Shown: piece after piece, positions 1 to 48,104 of the stretch | Position numbering within the stretch: position 1 is the stretch's first letter | How the letters are laid out: the number at the start of each line of letters is the position of its first letter | Assembly (NCBI GenBank): GCA_964035545.1 | Contig: OZ037771.1 | Span: 14,755,133-14,819,132 of the forward strand | Length of the DNA: 64,000 bases | Direction: 5' to 3' | Origin: Bugula neritina | Lineage: Eukaryota > Animalia > Bryozoa | Position numbers and translations under genes: made by a program | The notes under the pieces: generated by a model | What the model saw: the letters and a program-made list of their open reading frames with translations, nothing else | Told to the model about the DNA's origin: nothing | The model's database searches: none

Positions 1-153
1 ATAAAATATGTTTTATCCACCATTATGTCTTTGAGGAGAACTGTATTACAGTTTTTACCACCAAGAACTAAATTTTAGTAACGAATCAATTGACTTCTTT
101 TCTAAAAGATACTTTCTGAATATTTACGATGCTATTTCTTGATCTCTAACCAG

Positions 154-30705
<30,552 letters not shown>

Positions 30706-30872
30706 TGCTGACTCACAGGAAGTGGAGCACATAGACTGTTTAAATCCCCTTTTCTTTGTTGTATTAATATTTTACTGGTTTAGTGGTTCATGTTTTCTGC
30801 TTTGGAGTTTTGTTTGCTTTACATTTTAATATCTGCACTGCAGTTGTGTTGTTTCATTTGTCTAATATGATA

Positions 30873-30973
30873 TATATATAATACAATATATAACACAGTA
30901 TAAAATACAATATATAACACAGTATATAATACAATATATAATGCAATATATAATACAATATATAATACCATAT
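30873..30973 (+). repeat. 12-bp (tatataatacaa)n repeat
   Basis: Directly visible; same unit recurs at 33978-34252. Confidence 0.9.
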
Positions 30974-30975
30974 AG

Positions 30976-33361
30976 CAAAGATGAATGTGCATAGTGATTA
31001 GGTATATGGCCAATCTTACTTGGAAAAGCTTCAATTAAAGAAAAAGCCAATTGTTACCTCTGCTGGTAGAATGACCAATTCCAAACAAAAAACTCCAGTT
31101 ACGTACAGTAATCATCTAAGCTATAAGTATATTAATTGCTGTGCTCTATTCATGTATGAACATTTGAAGTTGTATAAACTAAACGTACAAACTCTACACT
31201 CCTGATAGGTTTTATTTATATGATGTTCATAATTATTTCGTGTGAAAGTTTGAGGTTGTCATTGACTAATAGGTATTATCAAAAATAATAAATATACACA
31301 GTGAGCTAAGCTGTGAATCCTTTCCAGTTCAGCATTTTATGGTGTTTATGCAAGACTGACGCAACTAAAAACCAGCTAATAATTTCCATGTACATGAACA
31401 TAGCATAAATTTTCAAAAACCAATAAGCTGCTGTGGTAGGTGAGAAAATTGAGTTTGCAAATTCTAGTAGTAAATTATGTATTCTCTTAGTTGGGTTTCT
31501 AATTGGCATCTATACTAGGGGAGATTGCAATTGACATCTCCACTAGGAGAGACTGCAATTGTCATCTCTCCTAGGCAGATTTAGCTTAGTTGCTAGGAGC
31601 ATTGCTAATCCAACTAGGAGAGAGTGCAATTAGCATCTCCACTAGGAGAGACTGCAATTGTCATCTCTCCTAGGCAAATTTGGCTCAGTTGCTAGGAGCA
31701 TTGCTAATCCAACTAGGAGAGAGTGCAATTAGCGTCTCCACTAGGAGAGACTGCAATTGTCATCTCTCCTAGGCAGATTTGGCACAGTTGCTAGGAGTAT
31801 TGCTAATCCAACTAGGGAAGATTGAAATTGGCATCTCTACTAGAGAGTGTTGTAATTGGATTTACTACAAAGATGAATGTGCATAGTGATTAGGTATATG
31901 GCCAATCTTACTTGGAAAACCTTCAATTAGAAAAAAAAAAGCCAATTGTTAGGCTACAGCTGCTGGTAGAATAACCAATTCCAAACAAAAAACTCCAGTT
32001 ACAGCATTCATCAAAGCTATAACTCTATTAATTGCTATGCTCTATTCATGTATGATCATTTGAAGTAGTATAAACTAAACGTACAAACTCTACACTCCTG
32101 ATAGGTTTTAATTATATGATGTTCATAATTATTTCGTGTGAAAGTTTGAGGTTGTCATTGACCAATAGGTATTATCAAAAATAATAAATATATGCTAAGC
32201 TGTGAATCTTTTCCAGTTCAGCATTTTATGGTGTTTATGCAAGACTGGCGCAACTAAAACCAGCTATTAATTTCAATGTACATGAACATAGCATAAATTT
32301 TCAAAAACAAATAAGCTGCTGTGGTAGGTGAGAAAATTGAGTTTGCAATTTCCAGTAGTAAATTATGTATTCTCTTAGTTGGATTTCTAATTGGCATCTA
32401 TACTAGGGAAGATTGCAATTGGCATCTCCACTAGGAGAGACTGCAATTGTCATCTCTCCTAGGCAGATTTAGCACAGTTGCTAGGAGCATTGCTAATCCA
32501 ACTAGGGGAAATTGCAATTGGCATCTCTACTATAGCGTTGTAATTGGTTTTACTACAAAGATGAATGTGCATAGTGATTAGGTATAATTATGGCCAATCT
32601 TACTTGGAAAAACTTCAATTAAAGATAAAGCCAATTGTTACCGATACTGGTAGAATAACCAATTCCAAACAAAAACTCCAGTTACAGCATTCATCAAAGC
32701 TATAACTATATTAATTGCTATGCTCTATTCATGTATGATCATTTGAAGTAGTATAAACTAAACGTACAAACTCTACACTCCTGATAGGTTTTAATTATAT
32801 GATGTTCATAATTATTTCGTGTGAAAGTTTGAGGTTGTCATTGACTAATAGGTATTATCAAAAATAATAAATATATGCAGTGAGCTAAGCTGTAAATCTT
32901 TTCCAGTTCAGCATTTTATGGTGTTTATGCAAGACTGGCGAAACTAAAAACCAGCTATTAATTTCAATGTACATGAACATAGCATAAATTTTCAAAAACA
33001 AATAAGCTGCTGTGGTAGGTGAGAAAATTGAGTTTGCAATTTCTAGTAGTAAATTATGTATTCTCTTAGTTGGGTTTCTAATTGGCATCTATACTAGGGG
33101 AGATTGCAATTGGCATCTCCACTAGGAGAGACTGCAATTGTCATCTCTCCTAGGCAGATTTAGCACAGTTGCTAGGAGCATTGCTAATCCAACTAGGGGA
33201 GATTGCAATTGCCATCTCCACTAGGAGAGACTGCAATTGTTATCTCTCCTAGGCAGATTTGGCACAGTTGCTAGGAGCATTGCTAATTCAACTAGGGGAG
33301 ATTGCAATTGGCATCTCTACTAGTGTTGTAATTGGTTTTACTACAAAGATGAATGTGCATA
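30976..33361. repeat. Nested tandem array: three units (892, 688, 788 bp) containing 3, 1 and 2 full 99-bp subrepeats
   Basis: Unit start caaagatgaatgtgcata at 30976, 31868, 32556 and 33344 (18-bp remnant); subrepeat starts 31515, 31614, 31713, 31812. Confidence 0.93.
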
Positions 33362-33977
33362 CAACCAATAAGCAGCAACCTTCATTAGAGCTGCGTTATC
33401 TATCAACATTCCATTATGGGTGCTACATAAACAAAGTACAAAGCAAGCTATTCATTATAGCCTGCCAGCTAGCAAGCCTGTAATTAGTATGTACGCGTCA
33501 ATATCTTCTCATCTCTACGCGCTCATTGAAGCGTGATGTGCTGCGCGCTGTTAATTATCTATGAAAAAATATAGCATTTTCAGTGTATAAATCACCAATT
33601 TATGGGAGATCTGGAAGAGTTATTGGAAAAAGAAAAACTTACACTGGAAAAATATCTCAGGATTCCAGCAGTGCAATTTTTCATCAGATATCATGTTTTG
33701 CTGCTGAGATATTTTACTGGTACTGAAAAGTCAGCTTTCCAGGCAAAATTGGCCAAAACTGGGCAGTTTTTTGTCTATAACTTTGCAAAAATAATGAAAA
33801 TTGAAATTTCCAAAAAAGGTACACTGGGGAAAAAGAAGATCTACAACATAGTTTTTAAATTTTGACTCTAGCACAATTAGGTGAGATTTTATTTTACTGC
33901 TACTGAATTCTTATATGATTACAATGCAAACCTCAGCTAGGCAATTGTAGCTAAAAGGTTTCCCTTAACTATCCTGC

Positions 33978-34252
33978 GTATAATACAATATATAATACAA
34001 TATATAATACAATGTATAATGCAATATATAATGCAAAATATAATACAATATATAATACAATATATAATGCAATATATAATGCAATATATAATACAATATA
34101 TAATACAATATATGATACCATATATAATACCATATATAATACAATATATAATACAATATATAATGCAATATATATAATGCAATATATAGTACAATATATA
34201 ATAATACAATACATAACACAATATATAATACAATATATAATACAATATATAA
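33978..34252 (+). repeat. 12-bp (tatataatacaa)n repeat
   Basis: Directly visible. Confidence 0.93.
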
Positions 34253-37200
34253 TATTTTACTCATAATCGCTGACTTGATGACTCATATTATGTAGGATTA
34301 TGGTGAATAGGTTTGATTGTGTACAGAGCATATAATATTAGTTAGTTGAGTAATACAGAGAGAGTGATATAGGTAAATGTACATAAACATTAGCTATGTA
34401 TCTGAAAGAGCTTTTATAGCAGCAGGGGTATCAGTAACCAGCACTTTCCAGTTGATCTTGCTGTTGTTGCAGTGTGTTTAAACATTACTAAACATTCTCA
34501 ACTGCATTCATTATCTTTATAATCAAGTTTAATCCTCTTAAATACAGTACAATTGAATTATGCATTTTAGGTCAAAGTTTATATTTTAAGACGTAAAAAA
34601 GAATTGCCTACAATAATTTAGCACAACTCTCTAGTACACTGTCACGTCACGTATGCATCCAGGTTGTGGTTTCTGTAGCTATAATTACCAATTAATTTTA
34701 CATCAGACTATATAATTCATCAATTACTCTGGGCGTGTCCCAAACCATTGGCAATAATTAAATTTGAAAGATGGCTCTAGTTCATGAAATGGCCTATAGG
34801 TGGGCTTCGCGCTGCATCCAGCATAGACCTGAGCCAGTGCAACCAGTGAACAGTATTACTACTCAGTCGACTGACACCTTTGCCACCCTAAGCTCCTGCT
34901 TCTCCGGTAGCACCTAATTTAAACTAATATTGGCTTTACAATGGTTTTTATGTTAATAATTACTAGGCCCTAGTTGTAGTGCTGATACGTTATGCATAGC
35001 CATGAACTTTTCACGAATAATACATATATAATTTTGAAAATATTTTCTGTTTTGTGTAGAGCTGTGGTGGGTAAAACTATAGAAATTATAATTGCGATTG
35101 AAATATTTTGTCATTGTGCTTTAAATAATATTATACCAGATGGCTATTGAAGGACTTGATATGGAAATGTGTACAGCAATTCTGCTTGGTCTATGTGAGA
35201 TTCACAGTCATTAGAGTTTGTATGGTGGTCTCTATGTCAATGCATCTCGGGGTCATGCAGGTTGAATGTGGTCTGTCATGGATTTGTTTACATATATTCA
35301 ATTTAAAAGGTTAATAGAGTTTATGGGTGGGTATATCTCATCAATCTCTACTTTAAGTTCCCTATACTTTGACGTGACATTTCACATCTTAGAGATCGCA
35401 ATACAAGCAAGTAGCATCCAAATATTTTAGATTAAACAATCTGGAATTGAAAATTAAATAAACAAATGGCCAGCAGATCTGTATAGTCACTGTAGATGCA
35501 TAGCGTTTTTGACGTGATGGTATAACGTGATACGCAACTAGTCATCTGGTCACGTGGCTACTGATTATTATTAGCATAAACAGTTAGCATTAAGTCGCCA
35601 ATCTATATCTCATTATTATCATTCGACTGTCTCTTCTATTTGCTGTGAGCAGTGACAGCTTGTTACATAATCACACAGGAGCACCTGCTGCAAGAAGTCA
35701 CATTACTGCAAGCAGCTCTCTTTCACAGGTATGTTATATGTCAGTCTCTTAAGGTGCAGGTAACATTCTCTTGCGGGTAATAATCCCACTGGGAGCTTTT
35801 GTGTGCTCTCAGTTAAGTACTAAGGGATATAACCTCCTCATCACACAGGCACTAAGGGTGTATTACACGCCTAGTGGGGAGAGTAGAGGAAGTGTCAACA
35901 GGTTTATGATACGAGTTGTAGACTATTCACTTTGACTTGGAAATTGTTAGACTGGGAAATAGAGTAATTTCAGGCGCATAGTTTAGCTTTTAGCACCTTA
36001 AACAAACATCAGCTATTTGAAATAATCAACGCTGTATACAAATTAAACTGAAATTATGTACAAGTTTGATTTGCCATTTACTTTATCATATTTTACTGTA
36101 TAGCTTCTAATTCAGTTTGTTCAAAATTTTATAATTATTTAGCTATTATAGATTGATTTGATTTGTATCACTGCTGAGTGTGCGCTGCAAATTATTGTGT
36201 CTCATTTTGTGACTTTGTATTTTAATTTACTGGTTTAAAGTTTGTGTTGATTATAGCATTAGATTAGAGTCCTTTCTAAGACGGCAAATTTTACACAACT
36301 TTTGACGTTTATAAAAAAATGGATTTACTTCAGTCTTGGCTCAGCCATATACTATTGTGCACTACTTAAGTTGTATGTTTGATTGAGCAGAGATGTGGAC
36401 TCTAGCTTCGAATATTTTTGATAAACAGTGAAGACCTGTTTTTTTATAAATTTAATCTAAACATTTTCAGATTATTGAAGTCAGTCAACACCTATTTTAA
36501 ATAAAAGTGTACGTATATCTAACAGGCTATCTGAATAGTTAATCTTGACAGGGAAGTTTAATTTCCACAGATATTTATAGATGTAAGTGATTAAATATAT
36601 AATAAATATGAAACTGAGATGTGTTGGTGTTACCTGCACCATTAGCTCTTCAAATCTACAGTTCAAGTAGCTCCCACAAATTCCCAGGGTTGCCTGTGTG
36701 AATTACTCACCTGCCACTTAAGTTCAGAAAACCACAAACAGGTTTGAATGCAGATCACATGACTTTTTTAAAGCCACTGCACGCAGCTCCATAGGAAACT
36801 AAGACCTGTAGCATGAAGAGAGTAATAAGTTCTAAATTTAAAGGCAATTTTTAAGCTTTTTTCAAAATACTTGTAGCCATAGGATCTATAACATCTTGTG
36901 TATACAAAGAACTGGAGGCATTTGCTTCTGAGTTGTAAGATAAATGGTTCTCTCCTCTCCTTAAGTACATGTTCAGTCTCTATATAATAAAAGCCTATAG
37001 TTTACCTAGATAAGACATAGCTTTAGGTTTTAATGTAGCAGCTAGATTTGAACCAAGTTTCTTGGAAAGAAAGACACAGCTTTTCATGCTATAAATAGCT
37101 TCTGGAATTGTAGCATTGCGTTAGAGTATAATGGCTGAAAAAATGTCACTTTGGAAATGTAGTAAGGGACCAGCTTGATGTTTTCTAATCAGGCAAGACT

Positions 37201-38977
37201 AAATTCTTTATATCATGAGACCCTTCCTCCCCTCCGGTTCAAGGGTGAAGTATAGTTGTAGCTATGGTAGAACCAAGGGCTATTTCGAGAAAGTAGATAT
37301 AGGCGTGTTTCCTTTTCTGTCACTTACTTGCTATTTTCCATATTAGTAAAGTAAGTATGACACCACGAAGAGAGATTCCCACAGCCGGTTAGGTTTCTCA
37401 GAATACAAAGTAGATCAAAACGTTGCTGGGCCTATCAAAATTGACCTTGACATCAAGTCATGTGACCAGGCTGTGCAGACAGTGCAAGCTTACCAGACAG
37501 AAATCAGATGCTAATTTAATGTAAATCTGTATCCATTGGTTACTGCATATTCATTGGTTACAACATACTAGACGGTGAGTGGGTGGGGCACACTTCCTGT
37601 TGAATTCCAGTATAGCTGCGTATGTAGATAGTCTTAAATATATACCATTATGCAAGACTCACTACAAGCTCAATTGCTTAGAAGCAGAAGAACTTAAGCT
37701 ATTGAGGCACATCTACCATATATCAGAGAGATGTCTTGCTTGCAAGCATTACATTCTGAGCATTTATATTATATAATATAATATATAACATAATGTAGCA
37801 TACCTGATAAATATTACAAAGTAATGCAATGTATGACACAACATAGTATAATAAAATGTACCATGTATATGGCATAGTTGTAATGCAACGTAATATATAA
37901 TTATTATGGTATATTATATAATATTGTATTAATAATGTGGTACAATACGCGTCTATGACCATATGGACACTTTGGTTCATCTTTTGAAGGTGCTGCTCAT
38001 GCAGTTAGAAATATAAACAAACAGGACACTTTTGTGATGGCAATGTATGAAGTTTAGTAACTCTCTTATCTAGGAAATGGCTGTTCATGACATCTGAAAA
38101 ATAGCTAAGAATGAGATAATTCTAATCATTATCACGGTGTTACAAAGTTCAGCGATTGATAAAAACTCCTAATGACAGTTGGGACATGTTTTTATCCCCC
38201 CTCTTTGTTCCTTAGCCTCAGTTATAATTCTGCCTAGGGTGAATATATTGTTTTACTGTGTCCCTATTTTAAGCTTACCATAAGCTCCTTAAATATAATA
38301 TGAATATCTACTCCTGGTAGAAAAGGTTCTTTAGCCATTTGCCAATGTATAGCGAAGGGCTCACGAAACCACCCTTTATCTAGACCATACTGTGATTGTA
38401 GGCTATTGACTTAACTCACCCATGCATAAACCACTGTATTTCCACTTCCAACATTTATTGTTGTTAACCAGGAGAGCTTGGTCGTACACAGCTTGTATAT
38501 TGGATACGGTCTTTAGACATTCATACTGTAAGGTGAACAGTTTTGCTGAATCACTTGAACTCTAACAGAAGCTGATAAATATTATAATTTATAAGTTATA
38601 TCATTTCTCATATAGTTTAGACCTCAAGTAGAGTCAGCTGCCATATCTAAGAGAGTGGAGACCTGGGTTTTGACAAGTCAGCATTCCGCACCTATTCATA
38701 TTCAGCAACTGTAAGTATTTATCTTTTAGTTACATTGAATTACTGGGGTTATATTGATCTTGGCGAATGTACATTTTTCCTTGATTATTAAGCTTATATG
38801 GGTGTACATTTATACTTTTCCTAATTGGTTTTTTAATTTTTCAAGGTTTAAGGCAATGCTATAGTCTGTTTCGAAGCTCAAGTTGGCTTTTTCAAACTCT
38901 GTTTTAAACTTGTGTAATGAGATTGGAGCATTTCCTTAAAGCTACCTTATTTAACTTTTATGCCAGGGGACAAGCCT

Positions 38978-39094
38978 TCAGAGGGCAGTATGTCAGAGGG
39001 CAATTTATCAGAGGGCTGTTTGTCAGAGGGCAGTTTATCAGAGGGCAGTTTATCAGAGGGCAGTTTATTAGAGGGCAGTTTATCAGAAGGCAGC
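38978..39094 (+). repeat. 15-bp tandem repeat (tcagagggcagttta)
   Basis: About 8 copies. Confidence 0.9.
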
Positions 39095-40708
39095 TGCAAT
39101 CTTTCCATTGCTACTTAAAGTATTTAGTTAAAGATAAATGATAGATGTATAGATTAGGACATGATGTTGAAGAGCAGTTTACAGCTGAATATGTTGTATA
39201 CTAGCTGGAGGTTTTGGAAATAGTTACTACTTGAAACAAAATAATGACTTGTAACTAATTCTAAAGCTTACTAACCATTCGGCTCATTTGTTTGCCACCT
39301 CTTGACTAAAAGTGATTGTCTTATGAATTAGTGAGACTTACAGTTTTAATAAACAAAGCATTGCGTTAAGATTATAGGATATAAACAATAAATCAAGTAT
39401 TGAAGTTGTACTTAAAATGTGATTTGTTAGAACGTCAAGAGATGAAATTAGCATAACCATTGGATGCAGTATTAAAACACAATCATTGCATTACTTCCAA
39501 TTCTCTTATTTTCTCTGCATTTAGTTTAGATAATTGTGCCGTCAATTTGGTTTTACAAAACACAAGTTTGAGTGATTTTGTCTGCTAGTTGCAAACTGTA
39601 ATACTCAACAAAATGAAAATTCTTTCATTCTTCATGCAGTTATTTTTAGTTCTTTTTCAACGAAATTAGTGTGATAGAACCTGCATGCACCAGTATATAG
39701 TTTAAAAAATTGCAAAAAATCATAGATATGACAGTATTGCTTGTGGATAAAATATTTTATATAAGTATAGTCTATGATCTATATGATCTATAAATGGTAT
39801 CTATAAACAATATTTATAGTAAGTTTCTCCGAAGGGCATAGAATCAACTACACCCACAAGTTCTGTACTGTCAGACATATAATTGAAGAAACTGTAGAAA
39901 GCCAGCAACTTAGTGAAGACAGATTAGCAGATTTTAGCTCTCTTAAACTGGCATTTCTAATATTTATATCTGACTATTAAATATTGCATAATGCTGTAGC
40001 TGAAGTGTTATCTCTAAGTATCCACTTGAAACTTAGATAAATTTATACAGCTTAAGTGCTTGCATCAAAATTGAGTACAAGGTGGGGTGGTATTTTTCCC
40101 CTACCAGTTTATAGTCTGCTGAGACTATTTTTAATTTTTTATCGTAGGAATCTTTAAACTGCTCTTCTGCCCTGGATTGTAGGTTCTTGCTATAAAATAT
40201 GAAAACCAGATAAAGCTATAGAAACTTTTAGGGGCTCACAAGTGAACTTCCATATAAGTTTGTTTAAAGTTTGTTCTGTTGTTGGCAGAGAGAATAGTTG
40301 AACTCCAGTAGTCAATGGGAAGTCTTACCTGTTGTTGGGCCCAATACTGCGCACTTGACATTTCCCCTGCAACCTTCCCAATCTATACCAGCTCACTAGA
40401 GACTAGAGTCATAGAAACTCAGTCTATTACAATATTTTTATGAGGTGTGTCACTAAACTCACAAGAGGTTGCTAAGAATAGTGCCAAGTTTCCACGTGAA
40501 CAGTTTATTCACATTTATATTAGGAGTTTTCTAAATTTGTGCAATCTAATTTGGAAGTCAAGTTTTAGCTAATAGCTTGAAGTGATTTATAGTGACAACA
40601 AACTGAGTTCAGTGTAACATCTGCCTAACATAACTGAGTGATCATCTGCCAATCAGCTATAGGAGACTCATATTGGAAATGCTTAGAACTTTCTCCTATA
40701 TATTTATA

Positions 40709-41437
40709 ATCTCTTTCTCTGTCTTTCTCTCTCTCATCCCTCGACTCTCTCTCTCTCCCTCTCTCTCTCTCCCTCTCTCTTTCCCTCTCTCTCTCTCCCC
40801 CTCTCTCTCCCTCTCTCTCTCCCCTTCCCCCTCTCTCTCTCTCCCTCTCTCTTTCCCTCTCTCTCTCTCCCCCTCTCTCTCCCTCTCTCTCTCCCCTTCC
40901 CCCTCTCTCTCTCTATCCCTTTTTCTCTCATCCCTCCTCTCTCTCCCCCCCCTCTCTTTTTCCTCTCTCTCCCTCTCCCCCCCTCTCTCTCCCCCCTCTC
41001 TCCCCTCTCCCCCTCCCCCCTCTCTCTCTCTCTCTCCCTCTCTCTTTCCCTCTCTCTCTCTCCCCCTCTCTCTCCCTCTCTCTCTCCCCTTCCCCCTCTC
41101 TCTCTCTATCCCTTTTTCTCTCATCCCTCCTCTCTCTCCCCCCCTCTCTTTTTCCTCTCTCTCTCCCTCTCCCCCTCTCTCTCTCCCCCCTCTCTCCCCT
41201 CTCCCCCTCCCCCCTCTCTCTCTCTCTCCCCCTCCCCCCCCTCTCTCTCTCTCCTCTCTCTCTCCTCTCTCTCTCCCCCTCCCCCCTCTCTCTCTCTCTC
41301 CCCCTCCCCCCTCTCTCTCTCTCTCCTCTCTCTCTCCTCTCTCTCTCCCTCCCATCCCCCTCTCTCTCTATACCTTTTTCTCTCATCCCCCTTCTCTCTC
41401 TCCCCCCTCTCTCTCCCTCTCTCCTTCTCCCTTTCTC
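40709..41437 (+). repeat. 730-bp polypyrimidine (CT/CCT) tract
   Basis: Almost purely C/T on the + strand. Confidence 0.96.
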
Positions 41438-42321
41438 ACATGTTGTTTGGGGTGTAAACAATTGGTCACCCTGGTACATCCTGTCTCCATGGAAATCATA
41501 TCACAGCGCTGATTGGCAACCCTTGCACAGAATGTAAAGCATTTCCTTATACTAGCTTATATAAAACTTCAACAATCTATCATAATCAGATACATTACAT
41601 GACACGTACGAATTCATGCTAGGTAGACGATATATTACTCATTTATTATTTTTTCCTAAATTATTCAGCGATGTCTTAACATCAAAGATAAAATTATTGT
41701 AAAACCAGGGTTTATGAAGCATGTAAAAGTTAAAATAAAACCATCTATCAAAATTGATATGGTTATAAATTTTAAGTTGTTGCAATTTATGTTCATTTAT
41801 CATGTTTCAGTCTGGCCGGCACTAAACTTGGTAGACTTGCTGGGCAGACAGACTGTTGGGCAGACAGACTGTTGGGCAGACATGACGGTAAGTATAAATC
41901 TGCTCTCTTGTTAGAAGGATATGAAAGTATAGTTGGCAGTTATATAACTGTGTTCTCTTAGATGTAAATTTGTAATACTTAATGCTAATAGTACATTCCT
42001 TTCATCTTTTAAGCAAATTGATAATGAATTATTGCTTAAGTTTTGCTTAGTGTTTTCCTCAGTGTCAACATAACAGCTGTATTGGATCTATATATTCTAA
42101 GTTTGCAACAAAAATTGTTCAAAATATCTCAGCATGCAATCTTTGACAACGGATTTTCACATCTGTTTTAGCAAGAAAATGTTTCACATCTCATCTAAAC
42201 TTTCAAAATATATATAATACCAGTAGAAATAATTTGCATACAACTATATAGCAGATTGTCTAATAACAAGAAGTATGCAGAGTTTAAGTTAATCTACACT
42301 AAACACTTGTATGTGTTACAG

Positions 42322-46554
<4,233 letters not shown>

Positions 46555-47564
46555 TTGGGTGCCCACAGTTGAGGTAAAGAGATGAGACCGGTAGCTAAGA
46601 GATGGAGTTGTGAGATCCTGCAAACGTAAGCCGCTCTGTGGCAACAATGAAACCCAATAAGTTCTGGTGCCGAAAACTTTGCTGCTCAACACCTTCAACT
46701 CTCTGATTTAGAGTTCTTCTAATTAATGGTTTGTAAGCTGCTTTTTGACAGCAATGTTTACTTGCTGATCAACAATTGGCAGCTGCGTGCTTCAGAGCGG
46801 ACAACCCTTCAAGAGCTCTGATGTTCTAATAAGACGTCCGGTGCAATACTATTTTAATATTGTAAATGATTTTTTGTAATTATTTTTTATAAACAAATTT
46901 TTTAAACAGCTTACAGGAAAATCAAATTATTGGCGCCATCAATAGTTTTTACTGTATATTTGTGATTGTATATAGTTTAGACAACATAAACTGTAACAGC
47001 TGTCATTTTCTTATAATTGTTTTAGCAATATTTTTCTACTAAGACACAAATGAAGATTTATAAATAAAAGAATAATTGCAATTTGTGAGAATTTATAAAG
47101 ATACCATGAAAAAGCAAAAAGTTTTGCAAAGTGCAAACTTTAACTAGATCATGCATGCTTCTATAAAGAATAGTAGTGCATATGCTAAATTTACGAGTCA
47201 TAGATTCATTTGTTCTAAATTTTCAAGTTGAATGTTGGGCAATTGTAAAAATGCTATTTTCAGATGACATACTTGTATAAATATATATTTACAAGTTGGT
47301 TTCATCAATTGAATTCTAATGAGTACATATAACATATTATATTAAGAGTTTTCAAAATATATCTTTTGTACGTCATTAAATAAGTTTTATCAGGTTTAGA
47401 AATTCTTGCAATTGTCTGCTCATGGACTGATTAGCTAAACCTTGGAGTCATAAAGTTGTGTAGTTTTATTGTAAACAGCCATTTCTAATGTTGCTTGTTT
47501 TAATCCTGGAGACATCTTCATGAACTGCTAACCAACAATATAAACGTCATTAGTATAAAACTTT

Positions 47565-47635
47565 TACCCCTACTGGGATTCAAACCCGAGACCTCTAGCT
47601 TGCAACCAGATGTGCTAGCATTACACCACAGGGGC
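47565..47635 (-). pseudogene. tRNA-like sequence (anticodon position GCA), degenerate
   Basis: Reverse complement folds as a cloverleaf (GCCCCTG/TAGGGGT, GTGT/GCAC, TCTGG/CTAGA) but lacks the D-loop GG, has TTT instead of TTC and a T-stem mismatch. Confidence 0.75.
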
Positions 47636-48104
47636 ACTGAGTAAACTCAACACTACAATCAAAACATGTATGCAGAACATTTTCACAAAGTATAGAAAAA
47701 GAATCCAAGCTGCAGTATAAACCATCAACCTAGAAGAATATTAATAAATAGTTTTATTAGATGTTAATAGAAAGCAATCATCTTTGCTTTCTGCTGGATC
47801 AAAATAATACATCTAAAGTAGAACATATTAAGAAATATAAAATGAAAGTTAAGTTAAAAGTCTATTGATATAATAGCATCTTTAGAAACTAAAATTTTCA
47901 TTGACCACAATGCATCAAAGCTGCATTTAATAAATCAATTTTTATTTATTATAAATTGAAATTAATTCTGTAATGTTTGCATATTTAATTCAAGTAAAAT
48001 GATTGGCGTTGAGGCTCAATTTGAAAAAATAAATTGACTGCAGAAGTACTATATTTTGAAATGGCAGTAGAATAGTTTAAATTTTAAATCTGGGTAAATA
48101 AACA

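Noticed and set aside
31306-33088. Two similar 67-aa minus-strand ORFs
   Set aside because: Part of the tandem satellite; the middle unit lacks the ORF and nothing suggests coding.
31500-33330. CRISPR-like look of palindromic repeats
   Set aside because: No unique spacers, no cas genes, eukaryotic context.
33602-33865. 87-aa ORF with a 12-bp inverted repeat
   Set aside because: No recognisable motif, splice context or TSD.
40673-41512. S/L/P and R/E/G ORFs on both strands
   Set aside because: Products of the CT-rich tract.
41811-41887. Exon-like segment with gtaagt donor
   Set aside because: Phase does not bridge 38710 to 42322 and it contains a short tandem repeat; left unassigned.
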